64,000 nt of DNA from Bacteroidota bacterium (GTDB lineage: Bacteria > Bacteroidota > Bacteroidia > Flavobacteriales_D > Crocinitomicaceae). Numbering within the stretch: position 1 is the first letter of the stretch; each line of letters opens with the position of its first letter. Positions 48,401-58,025 of the stretch are shown here, one piece after another. The notes under the pieces are model-generated. The model had not been told where the DNA came from and searched no databases. It saw only the letters and a list, made by a program, of their open reading frames with translations. The DNA lies in NCBI GenBank assembly GCA_039795265.1, contig JBDKEM010000016.1:53106-117105 (forward strand). The letters are read 5' to 3'. A program made the translations under genes and the position numbers.

Positions 48401-51400
48401 TTGGAATTTAAGGATAAGGTATGTATTTCTCCAAAATTTGGTAACTGAACTCCGGTAGTTCCGGATATGTTCACGATGAATTTTGAGTCAGCAGTTGACT
48501 TCAGGTTTGCAATTGTGCCTGCAATATAAGCAGACCCGCTTAAGGTTAGGGTGTTGTTCCCAATATTGAAGTTTCCTGAAGTCAAAGTCAAAGTACCTGT
48601 CAAATTCAAATCTTGATTCATATTAACTCCCGCGGAACGGTTTATTGTCAAACTGTTCATTGCGCTAATTGTGGTGCTTGTTCCAGGGAAAGCAGAAGGG
48701 CCAACAAGAACAATTGTACCATTGTTTTCGATTGTTCCACCACCTGTAAATGTTCCGTTAATCGTTAATGTTACACCGGCATCCACACGTAAAGTACCAG
48801 AAGTTAGTGTCACATTATTCAAAGTTTGGTTAGTAGAGATTCGTAAAGTTCCTCCTGAAATCGTAACGTTATTTGTGGCTGGAATGGTTGTTCCACTGGT
48901 GCGATTTAACCGCAAAGTTCCTCCAGAAACAGTTGTAAGTCCAGTGAAGGTGCATGCGCCTGTTAGTTCTGTTGTGCCAGTTCCTGAACGAGTTAAGGCT
49001 ATACCACCTGTTCCATTAGATATTACAAAAGCAAAAGCGGCAGGAGAGGTTGATCCAGCAATTGTTAAGGTCGCTGAACTTGCACCGTTATTGGTGATTG
49101 AACCAGCACCAGCACCTGATGAAAGTGAACCAACGGTATTACTAAATCCGTTTAAATCTAAAGCACCTCCGTTTCCAGAGGTATTCCCCATTACCACATC
49201 GGAAGTTGAAGGTAATGCTGATGTTGATCCTAGTCGAATTGTAGCTGAAGTTGAGGCATCAAATAAAGTATTTGACCAGCTATTATTGGTTCCTGAAAGA
49301 ACGAGTATTCCGGCACCACCACTAGAAGCTGTTGCAAAACGAACATCCCCTGAATTGGATATTCTACCACTAAAAATAGTTGTATATCCACCGCCGCTCC
49401 CGATATTCAAACGATTACCGTTACCTGTAATGTTTCCTGAAAATGTTGATGTAGCACCCGATGTTCCAGTACCACCCGAAGCAATATTCGCAAAACCACT
49501 TCCAGTAACAGTAATTGGCACGGAACATTCTAAATTAACACTTGAATTATTTCCAAGATTTAATCGCGTAATGTTAGATCCTGTTGCAGTTGCACGCATA
49601 TTCAAGGAGGAACCGGTTTCGCCAGTGATATTACCTTGAAGATTTAAAGTAACATTTCCAGTGGACGAGTTATTGAATAAATTTAATTCAACATTATTGT
49701 TTAAGGAGATATTTCCTGTTAATGTTGAGGTTGTGGTATGAGACAAACTGTAACCACTTGTGTTGACTAATAAGTTACTGAATATTCTTGACGTACCGCC
49801 AATGGCAATATCACCAGCTGAGCCACCAAGAATTGCGGTATTGTTATCTGCCCATGTCGCACTCGACCCCGTTGCAGATGGTTGTCGCCAAGCGTTTGTT
49901 GTTGACCAAGTTCCCGATCCTCCGTTTGCGGGATTGGCAGCAGTAGATCCACCATTCCAAAAGTATCCTGCCAGCGTAACATTTAAGGTTTGTGAAACGT
50001 CAGAGGCAGCGTTGTAGTTTTGATTCCCGGCTTGAGATGCGGTGATCGTGGTTGTTCCAACTCCTTGAATGGTAATCGTACTTCCAGACACTGTAGCGAC
50101 AGCTGTATTTGAACTAGTATAGGACACCGTTAATCCCGAACTTGCAGTACCACCCGCTGAAAATGGTGCGTCAGCTGTTGTTTTGTCCGGAATTGCACCA
50201 AAAGTTATTGTTTGGTCTGCTTTTGAAATATTAGCTGAAAGTCCTGTAGGTTGAGTTAGATTATAATTACCAGCATCAGTTCCTCCTAACGTTAAATTAG
50301 AGGTCACAGAAATACCATTGGCAGCATTTGCAGATGCGAAAGTTCCACCTCCACCAAGAGTAACGTCATCACCTCCAATTACACCTACCAAACTACCTCC
50401 GGTGATAGTAGCCGTTGTTGTACCGTCATAAACTTTATTTTGGGCAGTAGCACCAGAAACAGTAAGCGTTACGGCGGTAATATCTGCGGATAAATTAGGT
50501 TGATTAACAGTATAATTTGAAGAAGGGGCGTTGTAATTTCCGGTTTGCGTTATCGGTTTAGCGGAACCGACAGTTTTGGTGGTGAATGCCCACGTAGGAG
50601 AACCGGTTACTGAAAAACTTTCACCGTTTACCAGTCCTGAAAACACTGGATTTGCGGTAACAGAAACAGTAGTTGTTCCATCATATTGTTTGTTTGCTGC
50701 ACTAACACCAGTGATGTCTAATGCTTTAGGCGCAACGATGTTTCCAGACGCAGCAGTTTGAACATTTACAGTGGTAGCTCCTGTTGAGGTGATTGAAATG
50801 GTTTGTGAATTATACGATCCAGCAGCGGTAGTATTTTTTAGCCGCACGTAAATTACAGTTCCTGAAACTACACCACTTACAGGTGTTAACGTTTGGAAAT
50901 CGGCAAAATTTGAAGATGCTGATGTTTTAGAAATTTCGAACCCAGCAGGTGCAGTAATGGTGATGTCACTTGTTAAGGAAGCTCCTGAGACGGTAAAGTT
51001 ATCTGTTGTTGAGGATGTTCCATAAGTTGTGGAAAGAGCTGTCAATGTTAATTTGTCCGAATTCACAACAGGGTCACCAGGTTTTAAACTGCCTTCATTT
51101 CCAAGTGCATAAATCTGACTACCACCTACCAAACCTGATGTAACAGCGAGTGTGTATGGGTTTGAACCAGAAGCCGTTCCAATAGTTGTACCTACATAGG
51201 TTGGACAAGTTGCCCGACCTATTTCAATTGCATCTCCAATTACAAAACCACTGCCATGATTTGCACCGTTCCATTGAAAAACAACGGATGAAGGAGCATT
51301 TGAACCATTTATACCCCAGGCCAAGTTAACAACGTTGTTAGGTTCAGTTGGCGTACATGGTAAAGAAGACGATACATAGGTTGAAAAGTTAGTTGAAGTT

Positions 51401-54400
51401 CCTGCACTAATAACCAGCGGTGCATAAGAAGTTGCTGTTCCAATTGGTATTGTTTTAGCCGAAGAAACAGCGTTCATTGTAACTGTGCCTGTCGCATCAG
51501 CTAGAACATAGCTTGATGATGAACCTGTTGTACTGTTTGTTAAAATTAAATTATTTCCGTTGGTAGTTAAAATACCCGATGTAAGTGATAATGTTCCATT
51601 AATCTGTTTGTCTGAACTCAATGTAACCCCTGCACCATTATTGATTGTTACATTATTTATGGTTGATCCTGAAGTTGGCCAAGCCGAGTATCCAGCGACT
51701 CCCAATGAAGAAGGTTCTGAACCATTAATAGTTGTTTGGGCAGTTGAAGCATTATAAACTTCGTTAAGTGTTGGTCCTGAAGTTGTTTTATAATAAAAAC
51801 GACGTCCTACTCCACCAGTTGCAGTTGAAATAGTTCCACCTGAATGAGTAAATGTTTGTGATGAAGTACCATCAAAATAAATTCCAGAAGTACCCGTATT
51901 AATATTTCTTGTATTTTGAATCGCACCAGAGGATAATGTTAAGTTTCCTCTAACAAAAACTCGTCCTGGACCTAAATCATTGGCCGTTGGAACTAAATCC
52001 AAGGTTCCACCGTCAACCAATACATCGCCAATTAAGATTGCAGAATTTACGTTTGAATTTGCAGAAGAAGATCCAGAATTTTGAATAAATAATGAACCAC
52101 TTGAAATGGTTGTTGTACCGTTAACAGTTAAAGTATTTGCAGAATTAATTGTTCTTGATACTTGCAATGTACCTCCATCTATGACACAATTTCCAGTTAC
52201 ATTCAGGTTCATTGTTGCGGAAGCACTCGCTCCAGCAATTGCAAATCGACCACCTAATAAATTTAGAGAACCTACTGTTAATGATCTTGCCACGGCTGCA
52301 TTTCCTAAGACCAATAAATTTGATCCTGATCCAGTTGACATTATTTTTAATTCACCATTTATTGCCATGGTACTCGGATCTAGAATTACATCCGATGTTT
52401 GACTAGTACAATTCCAAGTGACATTGGAAAAGTTTTGATCAATTCCAGACGAAAAACCGGTTGACGAGGTGAGTCCAGTTACGTTGAAAGTTGAACCTGA
52501 AACCCATGTTGCCGCTGGAATACTTCCACCGTTTACAGCATGTTCATATTCTCCTGTTGCACCTACGGAAATTGTTGCTCCAGAACTTATTGAAATTGTA
52601 TTGGATGAAATACTTCTTCTCCAAACTCCATTGATAGTTAGATCTGTCCCTGAACCATTTATAAGTGTAACCGTATTCGCCGAAGAGTGAATAACAATAC
52701 CTCCTAAATCTACCGTAGTTTCATCAATAGAAATTGCGGCGTCAACTGTAACTGTATGTCCGTTGCGAATAAAAATAGCACCATCAGAACTCGTAGGTGC
52801 AGCCACAGCAGCCACCCATGTTGAACCACCGTCTAAACTGCTTTCCCAAGTAGATGTAGCACTCCAGTTTCCACTTTGCTTACTTTGATATTGAATAGAT
52901 CTTGGAACTATCTCACCAGTGCTTAATTGCATTGCTGGAGAACCATTTATTGAAATTTGAGCTAATTGAGTTGAGGTTAATCCGCTGGCACTGTTACCAA
53001 TGAAAATTTTACCAGCAGTTCCAGATGATTCTGCAGTTCCAGACCAACCAGTAATTGTCAACGTTTTTCCTGCTGTCCAACCAACAAGGTTACTTGCTGC
53101 AAAATAAATAGAATGGTTTCCAGTTCCTAAAGAAATTGTTGAGTTTTCGGAAAGTGTTAAAGTTCCCGCATTTGTTGAGCTTGTTCCTACAGAAAAACCA
53201 GTTGTTGCTCCAGTAGTTAATGTTCCGCCATTTAGAACTAATCCTGCGCCACCAATTGGTAAAGCATCTGCAATTCCTAAACGAAGTGTGGCATTAGTCC
53301 CTATGGTGGTAGTTCCAGTATATGTATTTGCAGCACCTAAGGATAATGTACCCACAGCCGAGCCATTAACAACGAGATTTGAACCGGTACCACTTATCAC
53401 ACCGTTCCAACTAATTACCCCCGTTCCTCCAAGGGTGATTGTTCGTGTAGATGAGTTTCCTAAACTTGTGGCGTTGTCAAATAATAAAGTAGCGGTTCCA
53501 GAAGCAGGAGATGTTGTTGAACCTAAAGTAAAATTTCCCCCGATAGTAATGCCACCTGTGAATTTCCCCGTGAATGTGCGGTTTGCTGTTCCAGCAATTG
53601 TTCCGCCGTTAATTGTCAAACTACCAGCGCCCAATGCGTTAACTCCACCAGCTGCTACCATACCGCTATTCAAAGTGAAGCCACCATTGAATGTAGATCC
53701 AGCCCATTGCAGTGTTCCAGTTCCATTTTTTATAACTCCAGTACCCGAAGCGGTAGAAATAGTTTGATTTCCTATGTTTAAAATTTTCCCGCTTGCAACT
53801 GTAACATTACAAATCCCTCCACCGCTTGTTCCAAAACCAATTGTTCCACCTGCTGTAAAAGTCACATTTTCATTGGCAGTAATTGCAGAAACATTAGTTG
53901 TTGCACCTGTAATGGTACTACTTGCCACATCAAATTGGGCCGCACGACCTGAAACCCATGCCTGATTTGCAGTTCCACCAGAGGTTAATGACCAAGGGGT
54001 TCCTGTAGTCCAAGTTCCTGACCCTCCCCAATAGAGCGGTGCGATTGTTGATGTCGGAACTAATTCTCCTGTGCTTAATAGGGTGGCTTGGTAGTAATTC
54101 GTTCCATCGAAAAAAGTTATTTGAGAAAGTTGTGTCGCGGTTAAACCACTAGAACTATTTCCGAAGAAAATTTTTCCACTTGTACCAGAAGTACTATTGT
54201 AAGCTCCTTGCCAGCCTGAAATTGTTAAACTTGTTCCAGATGTCCAACCTATACCATTACTTGCAGCAAAAGTCAAGGTATGTGCTGATGTACTTAAAGC
54301 AATTGTTGAAGAAGCTGAAAGACCTAATGTTGAAGAACTTGTAAACGTTCTATTAGTAACAATTGAAACAGTTGATAATGAACCACCATTTAAAACAATA

Positions 54401-56391
54401 GGCGAAGTGAAAGTAGCACCAGTTGAAGATGGGTTTAATCGCAATTCAGAACCAGAACCTATTGTTGTGGTTCCTGTATAATTGTTGGCATTGTGTTGTA
54501 AAGTCACTCTAGTAGCACTAATAGTTAATCCCCCAGTATTTGTTAATCTACCATTAAGAACAACCGTACCTGAACCAGTAACTGTTAAGTTTCCGTCTAA
54601 ATAAATTTCATTATTAAAAGTTGTTGAACCCGAACCACTGAGTCCAATAGTTCTTGTAGCTGAAGAAGTATTCGGAGCCACATAAATTGATTGCGGAACA
54701 ACGACTAAGTCAGTTGCTAATACCGATACGTTGTTTGCTTGGGAAACATCCCCAACATTTAACCCTAAATCAATACCTCTTGCAGAGGTTGTGTTATTGG
54801 TTCCAAGTCCATTGTTATTTTGAATAATTACGGTTCCTTCTCCAATTTGAGTTTGCCCCACATAAGTCCCCGCGCCAGAGAGGGTCAGTGTACCTGGACC
54901 TGATTTACCAATTTTAGTTGTATTATTAGTACCAGAAGCTGTATTCAAATTGGTTAATGTAAAGGTTTGACCTGAAGTAACATTAATTACACCTGCCGAA
55001 GAAGCATCCGTTATGTTTAAGGTCGTTCTGGATAATGAAGAAGTAATGTTTAATGTTCCAGTTGTTGATCCATTTCCCAATGTTATTGCCCCACCAGTAT
55101 TTCCTAGGTTGCCTGAATTAGAAACGCTTACCGTTCCCGCCAAGATAATTGTTCCACCGCTATAGGTGTTACCTGTATTTGATAATGTCAACGTTCCGGC
55201 ACCAACTTTTGTAAGTGTGTTTGCTCCAGATACAACTCCTGATAGTGTTAAGTTTCCAGAACCGCCAATAGAACTGTTTGAATTTAAGGATACCGCACCA
55301 GCCCAAGTCGAGGCCGTTCCACTTGAATTAATCAATGCACCACCACTAGAGATACCAGAGCCATTTAAGGTGAGGGATTCAGTTGCCGATGAAGTCAACG
55401 AAAAGCCATTCATATCTAATACACCACCCGATGAAACTGTGGATCCTGCGGCAGTTGTACCAAGTGGTCCTGATGTGCTAACTGTCGAACTTGCACCTAA
55501 TCGCAACGTTGCGTTTGCGTTGACGGTTGTTGTTCCAGTGTAAGTATTTGCTTGACTTAGAATGACAGCTGATCCAGCATCTCCCCCAACATTAATGTTA
55601 TTGGTAGAAGAAGTAGTGGTACTGTTTGCGACTAATCCATTTGAAACCAAGCCTGGAGTATATGTATTTGGAGAACTTAAAAAATAACCTAATTCAACTG
55701 AACCTGAATTGGTAACTGTTGCTGTTTGTTTCCAATAAGCATCTCTATTCGCTCCTCCGTCCCACATGTCAGAACCATAAATTGAGAATGCGTCAATGTT
55801 CCCAGAACCATTCATTGAGATGTTGTACGCACGGTAATCGGTTCCATCTACAGTAAGAAATACATCTGCGGTTGTGCTTGAGGTAATTTTAACGGTGAAC
55901 CTATAATCTTTATATGTTGTTTGAAGTGGAACATAACTCAACGATGAATTGCCCCCACTTCTATTCACATACCACGCTGCGTAGTTATCGGTGTTAAAAT
56001 ACAATCTTGAACCACTTGTCCTATTCCCATAATTTGTTCCTTGTGTGCCTGAGGCGTTTAACGAAAAGCCAATTTGACCGAATGCTCTAGTTGCAGCTAC
56101 TGTAATGACAAATACATCGCCAACCTGCAGAGCTCTATTTGTTCCAGTATTGTCTCCAGCAGTTTTGAATGTTCGCCAAGCTACTGTGTTTTTATTGCCA
56201 GTATTTGCCCACATACCCAACTCAGTGGCACCATTGTTAAAAAAATCTCCTCCATCATTAACTTGAGTTGGGAAGTTAGCATCTTGCATAACATAAGTGA
56301 CGGTGGTTTGTCCCCAACTAACACTTGTTGAAAGAAATGTAAATAGACAACAAATTAAACCTAACAATTTGGCATTCTTCGATAATTTCAT
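45436..56391 (-). CDS. Giant (3651 aa) T9SS-sorted surface protein: signal peptide, jelly-roll-like N-domain, many autotransporter-associated beta-strand (PATR-like) repeats, tandem MBG (YDG) domains, Ig-like domain, C-terminal sorting domain
   Basis: Uninterrupted 10,956-nt ORF. The signal peptide is MKLSKNAKLLGLICCLFTFLSTSVSWGQ. The repeated pattern G.GTLTLSG.NTYTGTTT(I/V).G.L.L occurs more than 10 times. There are two ..NK(Q/V)YDGTTT.. MBG units, and the terminal 79 aa are LLSIPNPSSTQFDLIL...GVYFIETK....LRLKHIIH. Confidence 0.85.
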   Translation of the reverse strand: MKLSKNAKLLGLICCLFTFLSTSVSWGQTTVTYVMQDANFPTQVNDGGDFFNNGATELGMWANTGNKNTVAWRTFKTAGDNTGTNRALQVGDVFVITVAATRAFGQIGFSLNASGTQGTNYGNRTSGSRLYFNTDNYAAWYVNRSGGNSSLSYVPLQTTYKDYRFTVKITSSTTADVFLTVDGTDYRAYNISMNGSGNIDAFSIYGSDMWDGGANRDAYWKQTATVTNSGSVELGYFLSSPNTYTPGLVSNGLVANSTTTSSTNNINVGGDAGSAVILSQANTYTGTTTVNANATLRLGASSTVSTSGPLGTTAAGSTVSSGGVLDMNGFSLTSSATESLTLNGSGISSGGALINSSGTASTWAGAVSLNSNSSIGGSGNLTLSGVVSGANTLTKVGAGTLTLSNTGNTYSGGTIILAGTVSVSNSGNLGNTGGAITLGNGSTTGTLNITSSLSRTTLNITDASSAGVINVTSGQTFTLTNLNTASGTNNTTKIGKSGPGTLTLSGAGTYVGQTQIGEGTVIIQNNNGLGTNNTTSARGIDLGLNVGDVSQANNVSVLATDLVVVPQSIYVAPNTSSATRTIGLSGSGSTTFNNEIYLDGNLTVTGSGTVVLNGRLTNTGGLTISATRVTLQHNANNYTGTTTIGSGSELRLNPSSTGATFTSPIVLNGGSLSTVSIVTNRTFTSSSTLGLSASSTIALSTSAHTLTFAASNGIGWTSGTSLTISGWQGAYNSTSGTSGKIFFGNSSSGLTATQLSQITFFDGTNYYQATLLSTGELVPTSTIAPLYWGGSGTWTTGTPWSLTSGGTANQAWVSGRAAQFDVASSTITGATTNVSAITANENVTFTAGGTIGFGTSGGGICNVTVASGKILNIGNQTISTASGTGVIKNGTGTLQWAGSTFNGGFTLNSGMVAAGGVNALGAGSLTINGGTIAGTANRTFTGKFTGGITIGGNFTLGSTTSPASGTATLLFDNATSLGNSSTRTITLGGTGVISWNGVISGTGSNLVVNGSAVGTLSLGAANTYTGTTTIGTNATLRLGIADALPIGGAGLVLNGGTLTTGATTGFSVGTSSTNAGTLTLSENSTISLGTGNHSIYFAASNLVGWTAGKTLTITGWSGTAESSGTAGKIFIGNSASGLTSTQLAQISINGSPAMQLSTGEIVPRSIQYQSKQSGNWSATSTWESSLDGGSTWVAAVAAPTSSDGAIFIRNGHTVTVDAAISIDETTVDLGGIVIHSSANTVTLINGSGTDLTINGVWRRSISSNTISISSGATISVGATGEYEHAVNGGSIPAATWVSGSTFNVTGLTSSTGFSSGIDQNFSNVTWNCTSQTSDVILDPSTMAINGELKIMSTGSGSNLLVLGNAAVARSLTVGSLNLLGGRFAIAGASASATMNLNVTGNCVIDGGTLQVSRTINSANTLTVNGTTTISSGSLFIQNSGSSSANSNVNSAILIGDVLVDGGTLDLVPTANDLGPGRVFVRGNLTLSSGAIQNTRNINTGTSGIYFDGTSSQTFTHSGGTISTATGGVGRRFYYKTTSGPTLNEVYNASTAQTTINGSEPSSLGVAGYSAWPTSGSTINNVTINNGAGVTLSSDKQINGTLSLTSGILTTNGNNLILTNSTTGSSSSYVLADATGTVTMNAVSSAKTIPIGTATSYAPLVISAGTSTNFSTYVSSSLPCTPTEPNNVVNLAWGINGSNAPSSVVFQWNGANHGSGFVIGDAIEIGRATCPTYVGTTIGTASGSNPYTLAVTSGLVGGSQIYALGNEGSLKPGDPVVNSDKLTLTALSTTYGTSSTTDNFTVSGASLTSDITITAPAGFEISKTSASSNFADFQTLTPVSGVVSGTVIYVRLKNTTAAGSYNSQTISITSTGATTVNVQTAASGNIVAPKALDITGVSAANKQYDGTTTVSVTANPVFSGLVNGESFSVTGSPTWAFTTKTVGSAKPITQTGNYNAPSSNYTVNQPNLSADITAVTLTVSGATAQNKVYDGTTTATITGGSLVGVIGGDDVTLGGGGTFASANAANGISVTSNLTLGGTDAGNYNLTQPTGLSANISKADQTITFGAIPDKTTADAPFSAGGTASSGLTVSYTSSNTAVATVSGSTITIQGVGTTTITASQAGNQNYNAASDVSQTLNVTLAGYFWNGGSTAANPANGGSGTWSTTNAWRQPSATGSSATWADNNTAILGGSAGDIAIGGTSRIFSNLLVNTSGYSLSHTTTSTLTGNISLNNNVELNLFNNSSTGNVTLNLQGNITGETGSSLNMRATATGSNITRLNLGNNSSVNLECSVPITVTGSGFANIASGGTGTSGATSTFSGNITGNGNRLNIGSGGGYTTIFSGRISNSGDVRFATASSGGAGILVLSGTNNSWSNTLFDASTSATIRLGSTSALPSTSDVVMGNTSGNGGALDLNGFSNTVGSLSSGAGAGSITNNGASSATLTIAGSTSPAAFAFVISNGTGGIALTRSGTGTTELTGACTFTGLTTVSGGTLRLNRTSGTTIPATNNVTISGGTLRISTNQTLNNVTLTSGTLRVDAGVTLTINGTFTGGGTIENNGTIVLVGPSAFPGTSTTISAMNSLTINRSAGVNMNQDLNLTGTLTLTSGNFNIGNNTLTLSGSAYIAGTIANLKSTADSKFIVNISGTTGVQLPNFGEIHTLSLNSNRIFSMSGSLNINNTLNLTNGTLNVNGYTLTLSGTNLSRTTGLILATSPTTTIEFANSSPLSVPNGLFSSFSTINNLQVNGSSTITMNDDFSISNDLSFGGGELIMNGFSVMVFGDNLTRTSGGLNGSVSGSNLFVSNSSILTLPSGLFTDKLAKLTIESPGVVSRTNFEITETLSLNQPNPDATSGLLEMVNDYGNYGNTRSSNSTDGNNDLDSYILTLGPNAEIVGSGDVTGKITRNSLTDGGIYQFGNENMKLQFNRNGGTMPTSITVVATKGPEGLHVDKNGSHPAGPYSLNVNAAVKRMYQILRVGGSEEVTCSVQLPYADDELNGNTESDLVTWVHQIPFNGMSPHEQGKTTTDATSNWVKWSGFSLNYIPTLGDNTKTMYWMLSERKTTDTLWIGSRDGKWDDISNWTSGAQPTSTTKVVVDPLIYNEELTVTGTMNIGSMQINASGVVNGSSGTISLNNNSNTWVNNGTFNPGTSTVAFNTSNGTLAGTNSWYNLKVNTGKSLTIQSDAVQNISNNLIIDGIFDATENSNMINFTGNSQSIPQPNGTIEGYSGLGISQSSGNATLSEKVTVLDNFALNNGNLNTTSTNILELGNSVSRTANAVLSAGSVVGPMKRWYNYTSESAPSKGLFPVGTADRNRYAIINFTENTSGGYIIMEYKEGAPTMLDENNNPLADPFGLPIAYSQGGQQKFIQNADATGYWDITPYSSSGVAYGALDNNTFNITLRINSDQIDANPVTANPPGMRIIRAKGNPSAPHDPFEIGSTSATITPLTDGIDYLVSSSNLTGFSYFNIGGDNETPLPVELLFFNGHCASNGTVIRWSTASEHNSAYFDVEHSRNGETWSLLSRVNSAGFSTSTINYETTDLLKSSGFNYYRLRQVDVNGTEKLYNPIVVNCENSESLLSIPNPSSTQFDLILNSQDESVSISIFNQEGRLVNTLNEKITSGTNLIPMNLDLESGVYFIETKLSSGKTLRLKHIIH
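50200..50745 (-). other. Tandem MBG (YDG-type) domains within the giant protein, followed by an Ig-like ADQTITF... module
   Basis: KALDITGVSAANKQYDGTTTVSV... and VTLTVSGATAQNKVYDGTTTATITGG..GTDAGNYNLT were located by their codons at about 50668-50695 and 50411-50432. ADQTITF lies at 50201-50220. Confidence 0.6.
52903..53334 (-). repeat. Internal ~145-aa module, copy 2 (aa ~1020-1163 of the giant protein)
   Basis: AANTYTGTTTIGTNATLRLG...NHSIYFAASNLVGWTAGKTLTITGWSG....GTAGKIFIGNSASGLTSTQLAQISI....LSTGEIVP. Codon positions were verified at His1093 (53113-53115). Confidence 0.7.
54055..54489 (-). repeat. Internal ~145-aa module, copy 1 (aa ~635-779 of the giant protein)
   Basis: ANNYTGTTTIGSGSELRLN...AHTLTFAASNGIGWTSGTSLTISGWQG....GTSGKIFFGNSSSGLTATQLSQITF....LLSTGELVP. 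Codon positions were verified at His704 (54280-54282). Confidence 0.7.
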
Positions 56392-56751
56392 AATGAAGAT
56401 TTTAGTGGATTTGGATGTAGATGGAAATTAGTGTTAACCACGCTTGTTTTCAGTGTGTAAAACTGAAACAAAAGGTTCAGATTTCGATTAGATTTACATT
56501 TAAGAAAATTAACTTTATTCACCAATAAATTCAATTTCTCAACAGTTAACATATTAAAGTTTTTCGAAACTTGTAATTTTTTGCATAATTACGAACTTTA
56601 CTGCTTTTCACAAAGAACTCAAAGCGTATTGTGAATAGATTTCATAATTTGTTAATAATCCCTTTTTAACAATTATTTCATCTACAGTTTGTTTTAAGAC
56701 ATGCTCAATTATTTCGTAAACAAGAACTCTCAAAGATAAATTGCTTGGAAC

Positions 56752-57831
<1,080 letters not shown>

Positions 57832-58025
57832 TTGCTTTAAGATAAAATTTTCCTCGAAATTAGAAAGAATTTGGTTAGCTATAAATGTTTTATTTTCAGA
57901 AGCTTAACGTTCGGACTTCGTTGAACGGCCGAAATAACTGATGGATTTTGATGCGATTTATTTTTTTTTAAATGTGAACATTATTAATTTTATTAAAAAT
58001 TGATATAAAACATAAATTTTCACTT

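Noticed and set aside
46526-56331. Many long plus-strand ORFs antisense to the giant gene, e.g. 48671..49639 (322 aa), 53288..53767 (159 aa), 47900..48322 (140 aa) and 55166..55543 (125 aa).
   Set aside because: Their translations are low-complexity P/V/E/A-rich strings with no motifs. They arise because the sense strand uses almost only ACN/GGN/AGY/AAY/GTN codons, whose reverse complements rarely create stops. The minus-strand ORF is uninterrupted for 10,956 nt and has recognisable domains.
56392-56751. The 360-nt ORF-free region upstream of the giant gene, considered as an invertible promoter or riboswitch.
   Set aside because: Only short (6-7 bp) inverted repeats are present, such as TTTCAGT...ACTGAAA at ~56446-56467. 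There is no flanking long IR pair, no recombinase gene nearby, and no riboswitch core motif I can recognise. One TAtcTTTG box at 56731-56738 lacks a properly spaced -33 element.
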